Positions 36,779 through 48,939 of a stretch of 64,000 bases of DNA are shown here, piece by piece (the first letter of the stretch is position 1; each line of letters opens with the position of its first letter). Under the pieces are notes generated by a model. It was not told where the DNA came from and did not search any database. It saw only the letters and a list, made by a program, of their open reading frames with translations. This DNA comes from an uncultured Solirubrobacteraceae bacterium (lineage in GTDB: Bacteria; Actinomycetota; Thermoleophilia; Solirubrobacterales; Solirubrobacteraceae). The stretch is taken from assembly GCA_963716535.1 (NCBI GenBank), contig OY970317.1, positions 2,480,123 to 2,544,122 on the forward strand. The letters run 5' to 3'. The translations under genes were made by a program, and so were the position numbers.

Positions 36779-36817
36779 CGTTCGCTCCGAGCAGCGAATT
36801 CTCCGAGCCCGGCTCTC

Positions 36818-37480
36818 TCACTGTGCGACATCGAAGAACCGCCCGAGGACCGCGATCCCGGTGCGTTCGATGGCTGCGACATCGTCGTCCTCGAGCGTGA
36901 TGTCAGCTGGCAGATGAGGTCGCAGGCTCGCCGCCAGCTCGGCGTCCAGCTCGATATGGAACTGCAGGCCGAGCGCGCGGCCCGCGCGGAACGCTTGGTT
37001 GACGCAGTGGTCGCTGCTTGCAAGCAGCTCCGCCCCTGGCGGGATCGTAAACGTGTCTTCGTGCCAATGGAGCACCGGAACCGATCGGCCGGCCGGTCCC
37101 AGCACGTCGTCGCGCTCGCCCGCGGGCGTCAACGCGACGCTGCCGATGCCGACCTCGGCCGTTCCCGCGGGACCGACCTCGCCGCCAAGCGCGCACGCGA
37201 GCAGTTGCGCGCCAAGACACACCCCCAGGACCGGCATGCCCGCCGCTGCAGCCGCGGCCATCAACTCGATCTCGTCAACCAGATGCGGGTGCTGCTCGGT
37301 GTCGCCGACGCCCATCGGCCCACCCATCACGACGAGGCCGGCAAGCTCATCGAGACGCGGCACGGCGTCCCCGCGATAGAGGTGGCGGCGATCGAGTTGC
37401 ACGCCATGCGCCTGCGCCTGCGTCTCGATCAGGCCCGGGCCCTCGAACGGGACGTGCTGCAGAACTGCCCACCTCGACAT
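36818..37480 (-). CDS. Type 1 glutamine amidotransferase
   Basis: LQHVPFEGPG, LVVMGGPMG, GVCLGAQL, QFHIE (Cys-His-Glu triad). Confidence 0.93.
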   Translation of the reverse strand: MSRWAVLQHVPFEGPGLIETQAQAHGVQLDRRHLYRGDAVPRLDELAGLVVMGGPMGVGDTEQHPHLVDEIELMAAAAAAGMPVLGVCLGAQLLACALGGEVGPAGTAEVGIGSVALTPAGERDDVLGPAGRSVPVLHWHEDTFTIPPGAELLASSDHCVNQAFRAGRALGLQFHIELDAELAASLRPHLPADITLEDDDVAAIERTGIAVLGRFFDVAQ

Positions 37481-37780
37481 CAGTAGCTCACCGTTCCAGA
37501 AGGTGGGCGCTCACGTACGTCGATCATGCTCGGCAAGCTACAGATCGCGCCAGCGCACTGGCCGACCCGTTGAGCAAGCCGTCGCTGACGCAACGCTTCC
37601 ACAGGCCGACCACGCGCTGTGCGATCGGGTGCCGAGCCGGCTGACCAAATCGATCAGGAATCGAGAAGCCCGGCCGCTGAGCCGCGGCTAGAGTGACCGC
37701 AACGACATCGAGCTTCCAGTTGCACAAATTGGGCTCGACCAGACACAGGGTCAACGTGGCCCACGACCTCAGGAGCGACC

Positions 37781-38137
37781 ATGGCCGGCTCTGCCACCCA
37801 GGGAATCAAAACCGTGCTGCACCCCGTGTCCGACCTGGAGAGCGCCAAGGCGGTGTACACGGCCCTGCTCGGCGTCGCGCCGACGGCCGACTCTCCCTAC
37901 TACGTCGGCTACGAGGCCGAGGGCCAGCACATCGGGCTGGTGCCCGGCGGCGGCCCGCAGGGCATGACCTCGCCGGTGGCGTACTGGCACGTGGCGGACA
38001 TCGAGGCCAAGCTTGCTGAGGTGACGGCCGCAGGCGCCACCGTGAAGGAGTCGCCGCGCGATGTCGGCGGCGGCCGCCTGGTGGCCGCCGTCACCGACCC
38101 CGACGGCAACGTCCTCGGGCTGATGCAGGACCGGTGA
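37781..38137 (+). CDS. VOC (glyoxalase/bleomycin resistance) family protein
   Basis: PVSDLESAKAVY, YWHVADI, DPDGNVLGL; CAGGAG RBS. Confidence 0.92.
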   Translation: MAGSATQGIKTVLHPVSDLESAKAVYTALLGVAPTADSPYYVGYEAEGQHIGLVPGGGPQGMTSPVAYWHVADIEAKLAEVTAAGATVKESPRDVGGGRLVAAVTDPDGNVLGLMQDR

Positions 38138-38171
38138 ACGGCTCGTCTGAGGGATTGGGTACTAGCTGAGC

Positions 38172-40646
<2,475 letters not shown>

Positions 40647-40775
40647 TCGCGACCCCGAGGAGCCAGTCGTTCGGTCCGGTCGCGGTCTCGATCGAGCTCT
40701 TCGTGATCTGCATGTCTTCCTCCGTGGGGCTGCGTCGTGGGGGGCTTGGGGTTCGCACTATCCTCCTGCGCTGTC

Positions 40776-41528
40776 ATGTCTGAACCGCATCTCGATCGTG
40801 CGCGGGCCGAGTCGTTTGGCGCGGTGGCGGCGCAGTACGACAGCTACCGCCCGACCTACCCGGACGCCCTGATCGACGACCTGGCGGCGTTGCGCCCGGC
40901 GCAGGCGCTCGACGTCGGCTGCGGCACCGGCATCGTCGCGGCGGCGCTCGCAAGTCGCGGCCTGACGGTGCTCGGCGTGGAGCCGGACCCGCAGATGGCC
41001 ACCGTCGCTCGTGGCCACGGCGTCCCAGTCGAGGTATCCGGTTTTGAGACCTGGGAGGACGCGGGACGCCAGTTCGATCTGCTCACCTGCGGCGCTGCCT
41101 GGCACTGGATCGACCCGACGCGGGGGACCGCCAAGGCCGCGCGCGTGCTGCGGCCGGGCGCCACGATCGCCCGTTTCTGGAACTACGAGGTGCCCGACGA
41201 GCCGGCGATCTCCGCGCTGGAGGCCGTCTACGCCAGGTTGGCGCCGCAGGCGACCCGCTACGTCCCCGCCCCGATCGCCGGCGGCTGGGAGGACCCGCTG
41301 GCGGCGAGCGACGACTTCACCGCGGCCGCGACGCGAACCTACGAGTGGGGCCGCACGCTCAGTGCAGAGGAATGGGCGGGGATGGTCAGCACCTTCAGCG
41401 ACCACCAGCGCATGCAGCCGGAGCGCCTCGTTGAGCTGCAGCAGGAGCTCGCCGCTGCGATCGAGGCGGTCGGCGGCAGCGTCCACACGCGCGGCGGTGC
41501 GTTCGTGCTGCTCGCGCGGCGCGCCTGA
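40776..41528 (+). CDS. Class I SAM-dependent methyltransferase
   Basis: YDSYRPTYP, LDVGCGTG, VEPD, AWHWID. Confidence 0.92.
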   Translation: MSEPHLDRARAESFGAVAAQYDSYRPTYPDALIDDLAALRPAQALDVGCGTGIVAAALASRGLTVLGVEPDPQMATVARGHGVPVEVSGFETWEDAGRQFDLLTCGAAWHWIDPTRGTAKAARVLRPGATIARFWNYEVPDEPAISALEAVYARLAPQATRYVPAPIAGGWEDPLAASDDFTAAATRTYEWGRTLSAEEWAGMVSTFSDHQRMQPERLVELQQELAAAIEAVGGSVHTRGGAFVLLARRA

Positions 41529-41595
41529 CGGTCGCGCCTGTCGTCTGCGGCCGGGCGCCCGTTGGGGCTGAACCGTCGCGCTGTCTCCCGGCGCG

Positions 41596-42387
41596 CTAGA
41601 CCGTCACCCCGTCCGCCAGCCGCGCCGCCGACTCGGGATCGTGCGACGGCAGGTAGACCGTCGGGTGCCGCGCGCAGTGCGCCAGGATCGTCCGCATCGT
41701 CGCCAGGTGCACGCCGGGGTCCGGCGCGATCGCATCGACCCGCAGCGCCTGCAGCTGCTCCAGCGAGTCGGTCGCGTCGCCCGCGAGCATCACGTGGCGG
41801 CCGTCGTCATCGACGCAGATCACCGACACGTGCCCGGGCGTGTGCCCTGGCGTGTCGACCGCGACGATGCGCCAGTCGTCGCTGAGCGGGCGGCTGCGCG
41901 CGAACGCGCCGAACGCGCCGCCGTCCAGCGCGAACGGAGCGGGCGCGAATCCGGGGGGCAGGGGCTGGCGCAGGACGCGGCGCATGACACGCGCGAACGG
42001 CGCCGCCGAGTAGCGCAGCTCGACCTCGTTGGCGCTGACCGGCGCGCGCACGTGCACCAGCCCGTCGATGTGATCGCCGTGAGCGTGCGTGAGGAACACC
42101 TCGGCGATGTCGTCGAGACGCAGGCCCGCGGCGCTCATCGCTCCTGGCAGCTCCTGCTCGGGCGCGACCTCGAAACGCGCGAACGGCGCGTTGTGAGCGG
42201 TCGCGCTCTCGCCGGTGTCCACGAGTCGCAGCACGCCTTCGTGCTCGATCGCCCAGCAATGGATCGGCAGCGGCTCCGACCACGTGCCCGGCAGGAACAG
42301 GTCGAGCTGCCGGCGGGCGCCCGCGCGGGGATACAGGAAGCTGTGCTTGACGCGCACGGCACCGGTTTGGAGCGCGTGGATCTTCAT
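41596..42387 (-). CDS. Metallo-beta-lactamase-fold hydrolase (AHL-lactonase-like)
   Basis: THAHGDHIDG (HxHxDH), TPGHTPGH, LAGDA, PSHD. Confidence 0.88.
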   Translation of the reverse strand: MKIHALQTGAVRVKHSFLYPRAGARRQLDLFLPGTWSEPLPIHCWAIEHEGVLRLVDTGESATAHNAPFARFEVAPEQELPGAMSAAGLRLDDIAEVFLTHAHGDHIDGLVHVRAPVSANEVELRYSAAPFARVMRRVLRQPLPPGFAPAPFALDGGAFGAFARSRPLSDDWRIVAVDTPGHTPGHVSVICVDDDGRHVMLAGDATDSLEQLQALRVDAIAPDPGVHLATMRTILAHCARHPTVYLPSHDPESAARLADGVTV

Positions 42388-42429
42388 CTTGCTCGGTCCT
42401 CTTTCTCTGGTCCCGCGCGCCGACCGCGC

Positions 42430-44064
42430 TCAGGTTTCGATCGTGACAAGCGTGCCGATCGTTGTGTAGGGCCACTCCTCGGCGGCGGCTTCCAGCGGCA
42501 GCTCGACGCAGCCGAGGCTCTGCGGCGTGCCAAACGACGAGCGGTCGAAGTTGTGCAGTGCGTCGCCGCCGTTGAAGTAGCTGACCCATTTGATGCCGTG
42601 GTCTTCGTAGTGAGAGCCGTCGGGGTTGGTGCCGCTCATCGTCGTTTCGGGCAGGTGCTCGAACACGGCAAACGAGCCGAGTTCGGTTTCCGCGCCGGAG
42701 ATGCCGGTGTTGGCGGGCGAGGTCTCGACCGTGCGCCCGGCGCTCCACAGCGTCATCGTCTCCGGGACTTCACGGTGCACGTACACGTAGCTGTACGGTT
42801 CGTGCAGGCGCTTGTCCGCGAGCACGTAGCCGAGCAGCGCGTGCCACACCGAGGGGCCGGCTTCACCATCGACGGTGAGGTCGTTTTCGTTCTCGAACTT
42901 CATCACCGCGCCCTTCATCACGATGCTCCACTGCCCCGGGCTCCACAGCGCCTGCAGCTGTTGCGGGGTGTTTGCATAGCGCCAGGTGAAGCTGCCGCCC
43001 GGCGGTTCCACCGCCGCCTGTGCCTGCGCACTCGGCGTGTGCGCCACGCGCGCGCCCGACGGGTGCCACGAGACCGGCAGGTAGCCGGTCTCGGCGAGCA
43101 GCTGCTGCAGGCGCAGCGTCGAGCCGGGCGGCACCGTCCATTCGATCTGGTTGCTGCTGTGCAGGACGTTGCCCGCCCCCGCCGTCATCGCAACCGCATG
43201 CGGGAGTACGAGATGAAGCTGTGAGCCGAGCGCCGCGCCGAAGCCCGACGGCGTGAACACCAGCGTGTGGCTGTCCGCTTCGCTCCAGCTGCCGGACACG
43301 CTCGGTGAAAGCCGCGGCCGGCTCGAGCCGAGCACTTCGCTGACCGGCTTGGAGAACGTCAGCTGGATCGGCGTCGAGGGACCGATGTGCGAGCCAGCGG
43401 CCGGGAGGCTGACCATCACCGGCGAGTCCGACGGCGGGAACCAGCTCACCAGCGTGGGCGCGCCGGTGGTCTCCCATGGGCGCGCCGCCGCGGCGATCTC
43501 GACGGCCCCGGTCGCCGGCTGCCTGCCGAGCGAAACCGAGCTGCGCGCGGCGCCGAAGCCGCGGTAGGTGGTCTTGCCGGCGATCCGGTAGTTGACCGCG
43601 CTGACGGGCTGCGCGAAGCTGACCTGCACCGTCCCGCCGGGCGTCACCGTCATCCAGCGCTCTGACACCTGTGCGACCGGCGCCCGCAGCGTTAGCTGCT
43701 CGCTGCGCTTGGCGCCCAGCGCCCAACCGAGCCATCCCGGCCGGCGCACCTGCACGTCGACCGTCACCTGCTCGCCGGGCGTCAGTCGCTGTAGCGGCGT
43801 CAGGCGCCCGCCGACGACCGTGAGCGCCAGTCGCTTGCCGTCCGGGCCGTACGCCTGTACGTGCTCGATCGTGCCGCCCAGCGGCCCCACCGAGACGCGC
43901 GCGAGCGCCGTCGACGTGCTCGCCAAGCTCACGCCCGTCAGCGTCAGCGCGGCCACCACCACGAGCACGATCACTGAGACAACACCAGCCAACAGGCCCA
44001 GCAGGACGCGCTTGCGAGAGGACCAGTCCGCCACGGCGCCGCTAGGGGCCGACACGCTCGACAT
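42430..44064 (-). CDS. L,D-transpeptidase with N-terminal TM and Ig-like domains
   Basis: C-terminal YkuD motif GDALH...SLGCVELP; Ig-like/PG-binding segments upstream. Confidence 0.88.
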   Translation of the reverse strand: MSSVSAPSGAVADWSSRKRVLLGLLAGVVSVIVLVVVAALTLTGVSLASTSTALARVSVGPLGGTIEHVQAYGPDGKRLALTVVGGRLTPLQRLTPGEQVTVDVQVRRPGWLGWALGAKRSEQLTLRAPVAQVSERWMTVTPGGTVQVSFAQPVSAVNYRIAGKTTYRGFGAARSSVSLGRQPATGAVEIAAAARPWETTGAPTLVSWFPPSDSPVMVSLPAAGSHIGPSTPIQLTFSKPVSEVLGSSRPRLSPSVSGSWSEADSHTLVFTPSGFGAALGSQLHLVLPHAVAMTAGAGNVLHSSNQIEWTVPPGSTLRLQQLLAETGYLPVSWHPSGARVAHTPSAQAQAAVEPPGGSFTWRYANTPQQLQALWSPGQWSIVMKGAVMKFENENDLTVDGEAGPSVWHALLGYVLADKRLHEPYSYVYVHREVPETMTLWSAGRTVETSPANTGISGAETELGSFAVFEHLPETTMSGTNPDGSHYEDHGIKWVSYFNGGDALHNFDRSSFGTPQSLGCVELPLEAAAEEWPYTTIGTLVTIET

Positions 44065-44106
44065 TCCTAGATCCTAGGACGCCGTGCGGGCGTTCGTCTC
44101 ATTCGA

Positions 44107-44856
44107 CTACGAGTCGATCGTCACCGGGGTCCCTGAGCCGATGCGCGAGGCCAGCCAGTCGATGCTCGCGGTCGCCAGCCGGATGCAGCCGTGCGAGGCG
44201 GCGGTGCCCAAGGTTCCTCCGAGGTTCTCGCGTCCGTGGATCGCGATCTGGCCCGGGCCACCTTCGAATTCCTGCAGGACGTTCGAACGAGCGCTCAGCG
44301 CTAGCGCGAACGGACCGCCGGGCTCGCCGGCTTGCATCTGCAGGGTCTCTTCGACGAAGAAGTCGCCGGTCGGCGTCGGCGTGGACGGCTTGCCGACGAC
44401 CGCCTGAATGCTCTTCACGAGGTGGCCGTTGCTGTACACGCGCACACGGCGAGCCGCCAGATCGACGACGATGCTCCAAGCGGTCAGCGACGGGCGTGTG
44501 CCCTGTTCTGAGATCCAGCCGCTGGCTCCATTGGGACGACCAGGGAGCAGCACCAGCAGCCAGCGTTGGCCGTCGGGTGCGATCGAGCGTGCGATCACAG
44601 GCAGCGTGGTCGGCTCGCCCGTTATCGGCCGGCTGGCAGCCACGAGCGCGACCCGCGGTGAGCTGGCTTCGGGCGCTCGGTGCGCGCCGTGAGCACTTAT
44701 CAACACCACCAGTTCCTGTGTCGCCTGCACCCGTGGTGCTGCGGCGGCATCGATCGTGGCGACCGCGATCGACGAGGCGGCCAAGCCGGTAATGGTCGCC
44801 GCGACGATGCCGAGCGCGAGGTGGCGTATACGACGCGTGAAGCGCGGCGCGGTCAT
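44107..44856 (-). CDS. Secreted L,D-transpeptidase (YkuD)
   Basis: IVVDLAARRV, VVGKPSTPTPTG, IAIHG...ASHGCIRL; signal peptide; ATGA overlap with the ice-binding gene. Confidence 0.92.
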   Translation of the reverse strand: MTAPRFTRRIRHLALGIVAATITGLAASSIAVATIDAAAAPRVQATQELVVLISAHGAHRAPEASSPRVALVAASRPITGEPTTLPVIARSIAPDGQRWLLVLLPGRPNGASGWISEQGTRPSLTAWSIVVDLAARRVRVYSNGHLVKSIQAVVGKPSTPTPTGDFFVEETLQMQAGEPGGPFALALSARSNVLQEFEGGPGQIAIHGRENLGGTLGTAASHGCIRLATASIDWLASRIGSGTPVTIDS

Positions 44857-45812
44857 CCGGTGAAGCCGGCGTGGTGGTGAGGCAGCGCCGGCCGTGCGTG
44901 CGTGCTGGGCGCGGCTTTCCTGTGCGAGTGGCGCCGGCGACCGTGTTTGCCCGACTTGTCCGCGCCGGTCGATGTCCGGGGCGTGCCGGAGGCCGTAGAC
45001 GTGCCCGGTGTGTTGGTGCCGGTCGCTCCGCTGCCCGCACCCGCGCCGACCCCTGAGCCGCCGGCGCCGGGCGTCGCGGTGCTCGCCGTTTCGGTCCCGC
45101 CGCCCGAGCCGCTTTCGCTGGAGGGACAGTTCGAGGTGGTGAGCGTGTTCGTGTCCAGGTTCACGGCGCCGGTGCTCGCCAGCAGCCTGCCGTGGATCGT
45201 CGCCGCGGTGTTAGCGGTGATCGTCGCCGAAGCCATGATCGTGCCGACGAAGCTTGTGCCCGTCCCCAGCGTCGCCGAGGAGCCGACCTGCCAGAAGACG
45301 TTGCACGCCTGGGCGCCGTTGATGAGCAGGACGCTCGTGTTTGAGCCTGTGATCAGCGTCGTCGCGATCTGGAAGATGAACACCGCGTTGGGGTTGCCCT
45401 GTGCGTCGAGTGTCACGGAGCCGGATGACAGCAGCAGCGAGCTGCTGGCCGTGCGAACTCCAGGCAGGAACACCTGGCCGCTGAGGTCCGTCCCGGCGGA
45501 GCCGTTGCTGGGCCGAGAGGCGGCGTCGTTATAGGCCGTCGTGAGCGCGTTCTTGGCTGCGATCGAGACGGCATCGTCGACGTGGGTCTTGCCGAGTACC
45601 TGCGGAGCGCCCGTCACCGACGAGCCGGGGCTCAGCCCGAGGTCGCCGAACATCGTCGTGGGGCCTGTGTTGGTGACCGTGGAGCCGCCGAGCACCGAGA
45701 AGCTGGCAGCTGTGCCCAAGCCGACCGGTGCGCTCGCCGCGAGGGCGCTGCTCGCGAAGATCAGGCTGGACAGCGAGACGAGGAGCGCCAGCGCTACGCG
45801 GAAGAGATTCAT
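44853..45812 (-). CDS. Ice-binding family protein (DUF3494) with Gly/Ser/Thr linker and basic tail
   Basis: Signal peptide; LGTAASFSVLGGSTVTNTG, LDAQGNPNAVFIFQ, NGAQACNVFWQVGSSATLGT, GRLLA; AGGAG RBS before ATG 45812. Confidence 0.92.
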   Translation of the reverse strand: MNLFRVALALLVSLSSLIFASSALAASAPVGLGTAASFSVLGGSTVTNTGPTTMFGDLGLSPGSSVTGAPQVLGKTHVDDAVSIAAKNALTTAYNDAASRPSNGSAGTDLSGQVFLPGVRTASSSLLLSSGSVTLDAQGNPNAVFIFQIATTLITGSNTSVLLINGAQACNVFWQVGSSATLGTGTSFVGTIMASATITANTAATIHGRLLASTGAVNLDTNTLTTSNCPSSESGSGGGTETASTATPGAGGSGVGAGAGSGATGTNTPGTSTASGTPRTSTGADKSGKHGRRRHSHRKAAPSTHARPALPHHHAGFTG

Positions 45813-46239
45813 GCTCCTCTGATGCAGAGGGGGCCAGCTTGCCGCGAGGGGCCTGCCGCTGAGGAGGGGGCCGCCGTCGCAGGACCCGCACGGTTGTGGG
45901 ACGCCACCGTTCATGGGCGTCTCCTGACTGCGGTGTCGAGCACCGCGATAGAAAGGGAATGGCTCCCCGGCCTTCGTCGACCTGCCTACTACCCGACGCT
46001 TTTCTGGCTTCGCCTTAGTCGCTTGCCAGTAGCTCGAACATTCGTCTAGTGGGGTTGACGCCCGAAGGCCTGCGGTTTAGCGCTCGAAGCCCCGCAGCGC
46101 GACGTCCGAACGTCCGCACAAGTCCGACCTGTATGAAGCTCTGGGACGACGCGCTGAGCTGGTAGTGGACTATGCTCCCCGCTACTCAAGATATTCGATC
46201 GATTGTTCGATACGAAATCTTCATGATGTTGGCAAGCTG

Positions 46240-48939
46240 ATGAGCGCACGGCGGTCCGAGCCGCCTATCGCCGCGCGAGACGCGGACAGTACGTCGGCGT
46301 ACAGCACCTCGGACAGCTCGCCGGTATCGGCGGATGAAGCAGGCGGGGGACTGTCGGGTCGCGCGCGCACGACCATGGCTGGGGCGCTGATCCTCGTCCT
46401 TGGCCTTGCCGTCTCGACGTACGTGGCCGCTGACCGGCGCTCCAATGTGCGGGAAGCGAACAGGAGATCATTCGACTCGACGGCCGCCGATCTCAGCAGC
46501 GCGCTGGCGGCGAAGCTGAGCACGAACCTCGCGCTGACACGCACGATGCGTGCGCGCGCGGCGATGGAAACTCAGGAGAGCGAGACGCAGTTCCTGCAGT
46601 GGTACGGGGAACTGCAGCGCGGCGCGAGCGCTTCCCCAGGCGTCGTCGCGACGTTCATCCAGGTTGTCCCCGCCTCGAAGCTGTCGGCATTTCAACGACA
46701 GGTCGGGCTCGACCCCGCCTTTCGCAGGCTGCTCGGCGCCAAGCTGCAGGTCTTCCCAGGCGGTGGGCGTCGGACGTACTGCCTGACCAGGGCGATCGTC
46801 GGCAGCGATCTGCCGGCCAGTGCGTATCCAGGGCTGCTGGACTACTGCGCGCCGGTGGTTCCCGGCATCGGCCGCTCGCCATACCCGGCCCTGGTCAGCA
46901 CCGCGACGAACACGGGCACGTTCATCGTGTTGCCGCTGCCAGCCACCGGCAAGCGCTCGCTGGTCGCGATCGGCGCGGCCGTGTACAGGCGTGGCATCTC
47001 GACCGCCACGCTGTCCGCGCGTCGCGCGGCGTTGACGGGAATGATCGGGACGACGTTTGACAGCGTAAGCACGATTCGCTCCGTGCTCAGCGACCATCGA
47101 TCGGTGACGCTGGCGCTCTACCACAGGAACGTCGGCGGCCCGCTGCAGCTGATCGGCCGGGCGGGCGCCAATCCGGCGGGGCGCTCGCCGGGCTACCTCT
47201 CCGCTCGAAACCTGGGTGAAGGCTGGCTGCTCGAGACGAGCGGGACGGCGGAGCCGTTCGCCTCACCCGACGCCAAGGGGGTGATCGCGTTGGGCCTCGG
47301 CCTGCTTGTCACGATTCTCCTGTTCCTGCTTCATCGCGTGATGTCGGGCTCGCGCCAGCGCGCTTGGAGCCTGGTCGGGCTGAGGACCGGCGAGCTCGAG
47401 CACCGCGCGCTACACGATTCGCTGACGGAGCTCCCGAACCGCGTCCTGGTGCTCGATCGCGCCGAACAGATCCTGCAGCGAGCGCGACGTCTGGACGTCC
47501 CGGTGACGGCGCTGTTCGTCGACATCGACGGCTTGAAGCAGATCAACGACCGTCACGGCCACGACGCCGGTGACGAGGTCCTGCGTCAGGTCGCGGCACG
47601 ACTCAGGGCCAGCATGCGCGAGAACGACACGGTCGGTCATCTCGGCGGTGACGAGTTCGTGATCCTGATTGACGCCACGGGGCTCTACACGGCGCCGGAG
47701 CTGGTGGCCGAGCGCGTCCTGGACGTGCTGCGCCAGCCGATCGGCCTCTCTGAGCGAGAGCCCGCGTCGGTCTCCATAACAGCGAGCATCGGCATCGCCA
47801 CCGGCCGTCCCATGTCGGCCGAATACCTGATGCAGGACGCCGACCTCGCGCTGCACAAGGCCAAAGCGATCGGCAAGAACGGCTACGTCAAGTTCGAGTC
47901 CGCGATGCAGGTCGCCGCGCAGGATCGCATCCACCTGGAGATGGATCTCGCGGGGGCGCTGGACTCGAGCCAGTTCTTCCTCGTCTATCAGCCGATGCTG
48001 GATCTCGAGAGCGAGCGGGTCGTCGGCGTCGAGGCGCTGTTGCGCTGGCGGCATCCCGTCAGCGGCGTGATCCCGCCTGACGTGTTCATCCCGATCGCCG
48101 AGGACAACGGGCTGATCGTGCAGATCGGCCGCTGGGTGCTCGACCGTGCCTGCACTCAGGGCGCCGCCTGGCATCGCAACGGGTATCCGCTGAACATCTC
48201 CGTCAACGCCTCTGCTCGCCAGCTCGAGCGCCCGGAGTTCGTCGACGAGGTCCGCGCGGCGCTGCAGCGCAGCGCCCTGGCGCCGACGAGCCTGACGATC
48301 GAGATCACCGAGACGGTGCTGATGCGCAAGCCCGATGCGACCGCGCGGCTGCTCAGTGAGCTCAAGGCTCTCGGCGTGCGGATCGCGGTCGATGACTTCG
48401 GCACCGGGTACAGCTCGCTGGCGTACCTGCGCCAGTTCCCGGTCGACTCGCTGAAGATAGACCGCACGTTCATCACCGGCCTGTCGCTCTCCAGAGAGGC
48501 GCATGCGCTCACGCACACGCTGATCCAGCTCGGCAAGGCCCTCGGTCTGCAAACGCTCGCCGAGGGCGTCGAGCACCACAATCAAGTTCGCGAGCTGCAG
48601 CGCGAGGGCTGTGACCTGGCGCAGGGGTTCCTGTTCGCCCGCCCGCATTCGCGGCCAGAAGATGGTGTACCAGTACTCCGGTACACTGTGGATGTGCCAC
48701 CGACCACGCTGCGGGTCCAGGTCACGCTCGACCCCGAGCTTGCTGCTGCTGTAGCTGAGTTCGGCGGCATGGAGCCACGCTCGCGCGCCGTGCGTGACCT
48801 TGCGCTGCGTGGTGCAGAGGCGATCCGTGCGGAGCGCGCAGACAGAGGCAAGGCTCGCGATCATCTGCTGCGGATCGCAGTAGGTGATGATGACGGTTAC
48901 GATTTCGCCGTCTCAGAGCAGCTGCATGCCGATCGCTGA
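46240..48939 (+). CDS. Membrane sensor (CHASE-like) GGDEF-EAL protein reading through into an antitoxin-like tail
   Basis: Two TMs; HDSLTELPNR, RxxD I-site (REND), GGDEF; EAL, DDFGTGYSS, EGVE, QGFLFARP. Start approximate. Confidence 0.9.
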   Translation: MSARRSEPPIAARDADSTSAYSTSDSSPVSADEAGGGLSGRARTTMAGALILVLGLAVSTYVAADRRSNVREANRRSFDSTAADLSSALAAKLSTNLALTRTMRARAAMETQESETQFLQWYGELQRGASASPGVVATFIQVVPASKLSAFQRQVGLDPAFRRLLGAKLQVFPGGGRRTYCLTRAIVGSDLPASAYPGLLDYCAPVVPGIGRSPYPALVSTATNTGTFIVLPLPATGKRSLVAIGAAVYRRGISTATLSARRAALTGMIGTTFDSVSTIRSVLSDHRSVTLALYHRNVGGPLQLIGRAGANPAGRSPGYLSARNLGEGWLLETSGTAEPFASPDAKGVIALGLGLLVTILLFLLHRVMSGSRQRAWSLVGLRTGELEHRALHDSLTELPNRVLVLDRAEQILQRARRLDVPVTALFVDIDGLKQINDRHGHDAGDEVLRQVAARLRASMRENDTVGHLGGDEFVILIDATGLYTAPELVAERVLDVLRQPIGLSEREPASVSITASIGIATGRPMSAEYLMQDADLALHKAKAIGKNGYVKFESAMQVAAQDRIHLEMDLAGALDSSQFFLVYQPMLDLESERVVGVEALLRWRHPVSGVIPPDVFIPIAEDNGLIVQIGRWVLDRACTQGAAWHRNGYPLNISVNASARQLERPEFVDEVRAALQRSALAPTSLTIEITETVLMRKPDATARLLSELKALGVRIAVDDFGTGYSSLAYLRQFPVDSLKIDRTFITGLSLSREAHALTHTLIQLGKALGLQTLAEGVEHHNQVRELQREGCDLAQGFLFARPHSRPEDGVPVLRYTVDVPPTTLRVQVTLDPELAAAVAEFGGMEPRSRAVRDLALRGAEAIRAERADRGKARDHLLRIAVGDDDGYDFAVSEQLHADR
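48665..48687 (+). promoter_or_regulatory. Operator palindrome GTGTACC-N8-GGTACAC overlapping a TACACT -10 box
   Basis: 7-bp perfect arms; TACACT at 48682-48687 sits 6 nt before GTG 48694, the geometry of a leaderless promoter. Confidence 0.65.
48694..48939 (+). CDS. VapB-like (ribbon-helix-helix) antitoxin, in frame with the upstream EAL gene
   Basis: LRVQVTLDPELAAAV...SRAVRDLALRG RHH-like pattern; overlaps the vapC start. Confidence 0.65.
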   Translation: MPPTTLRVQVTLDPELAAAVAEFGGMEPRSRAVRDLALRGAEAIRAERADRGKARDHLLRIAVGDDDGYDFAVSEQLHADR

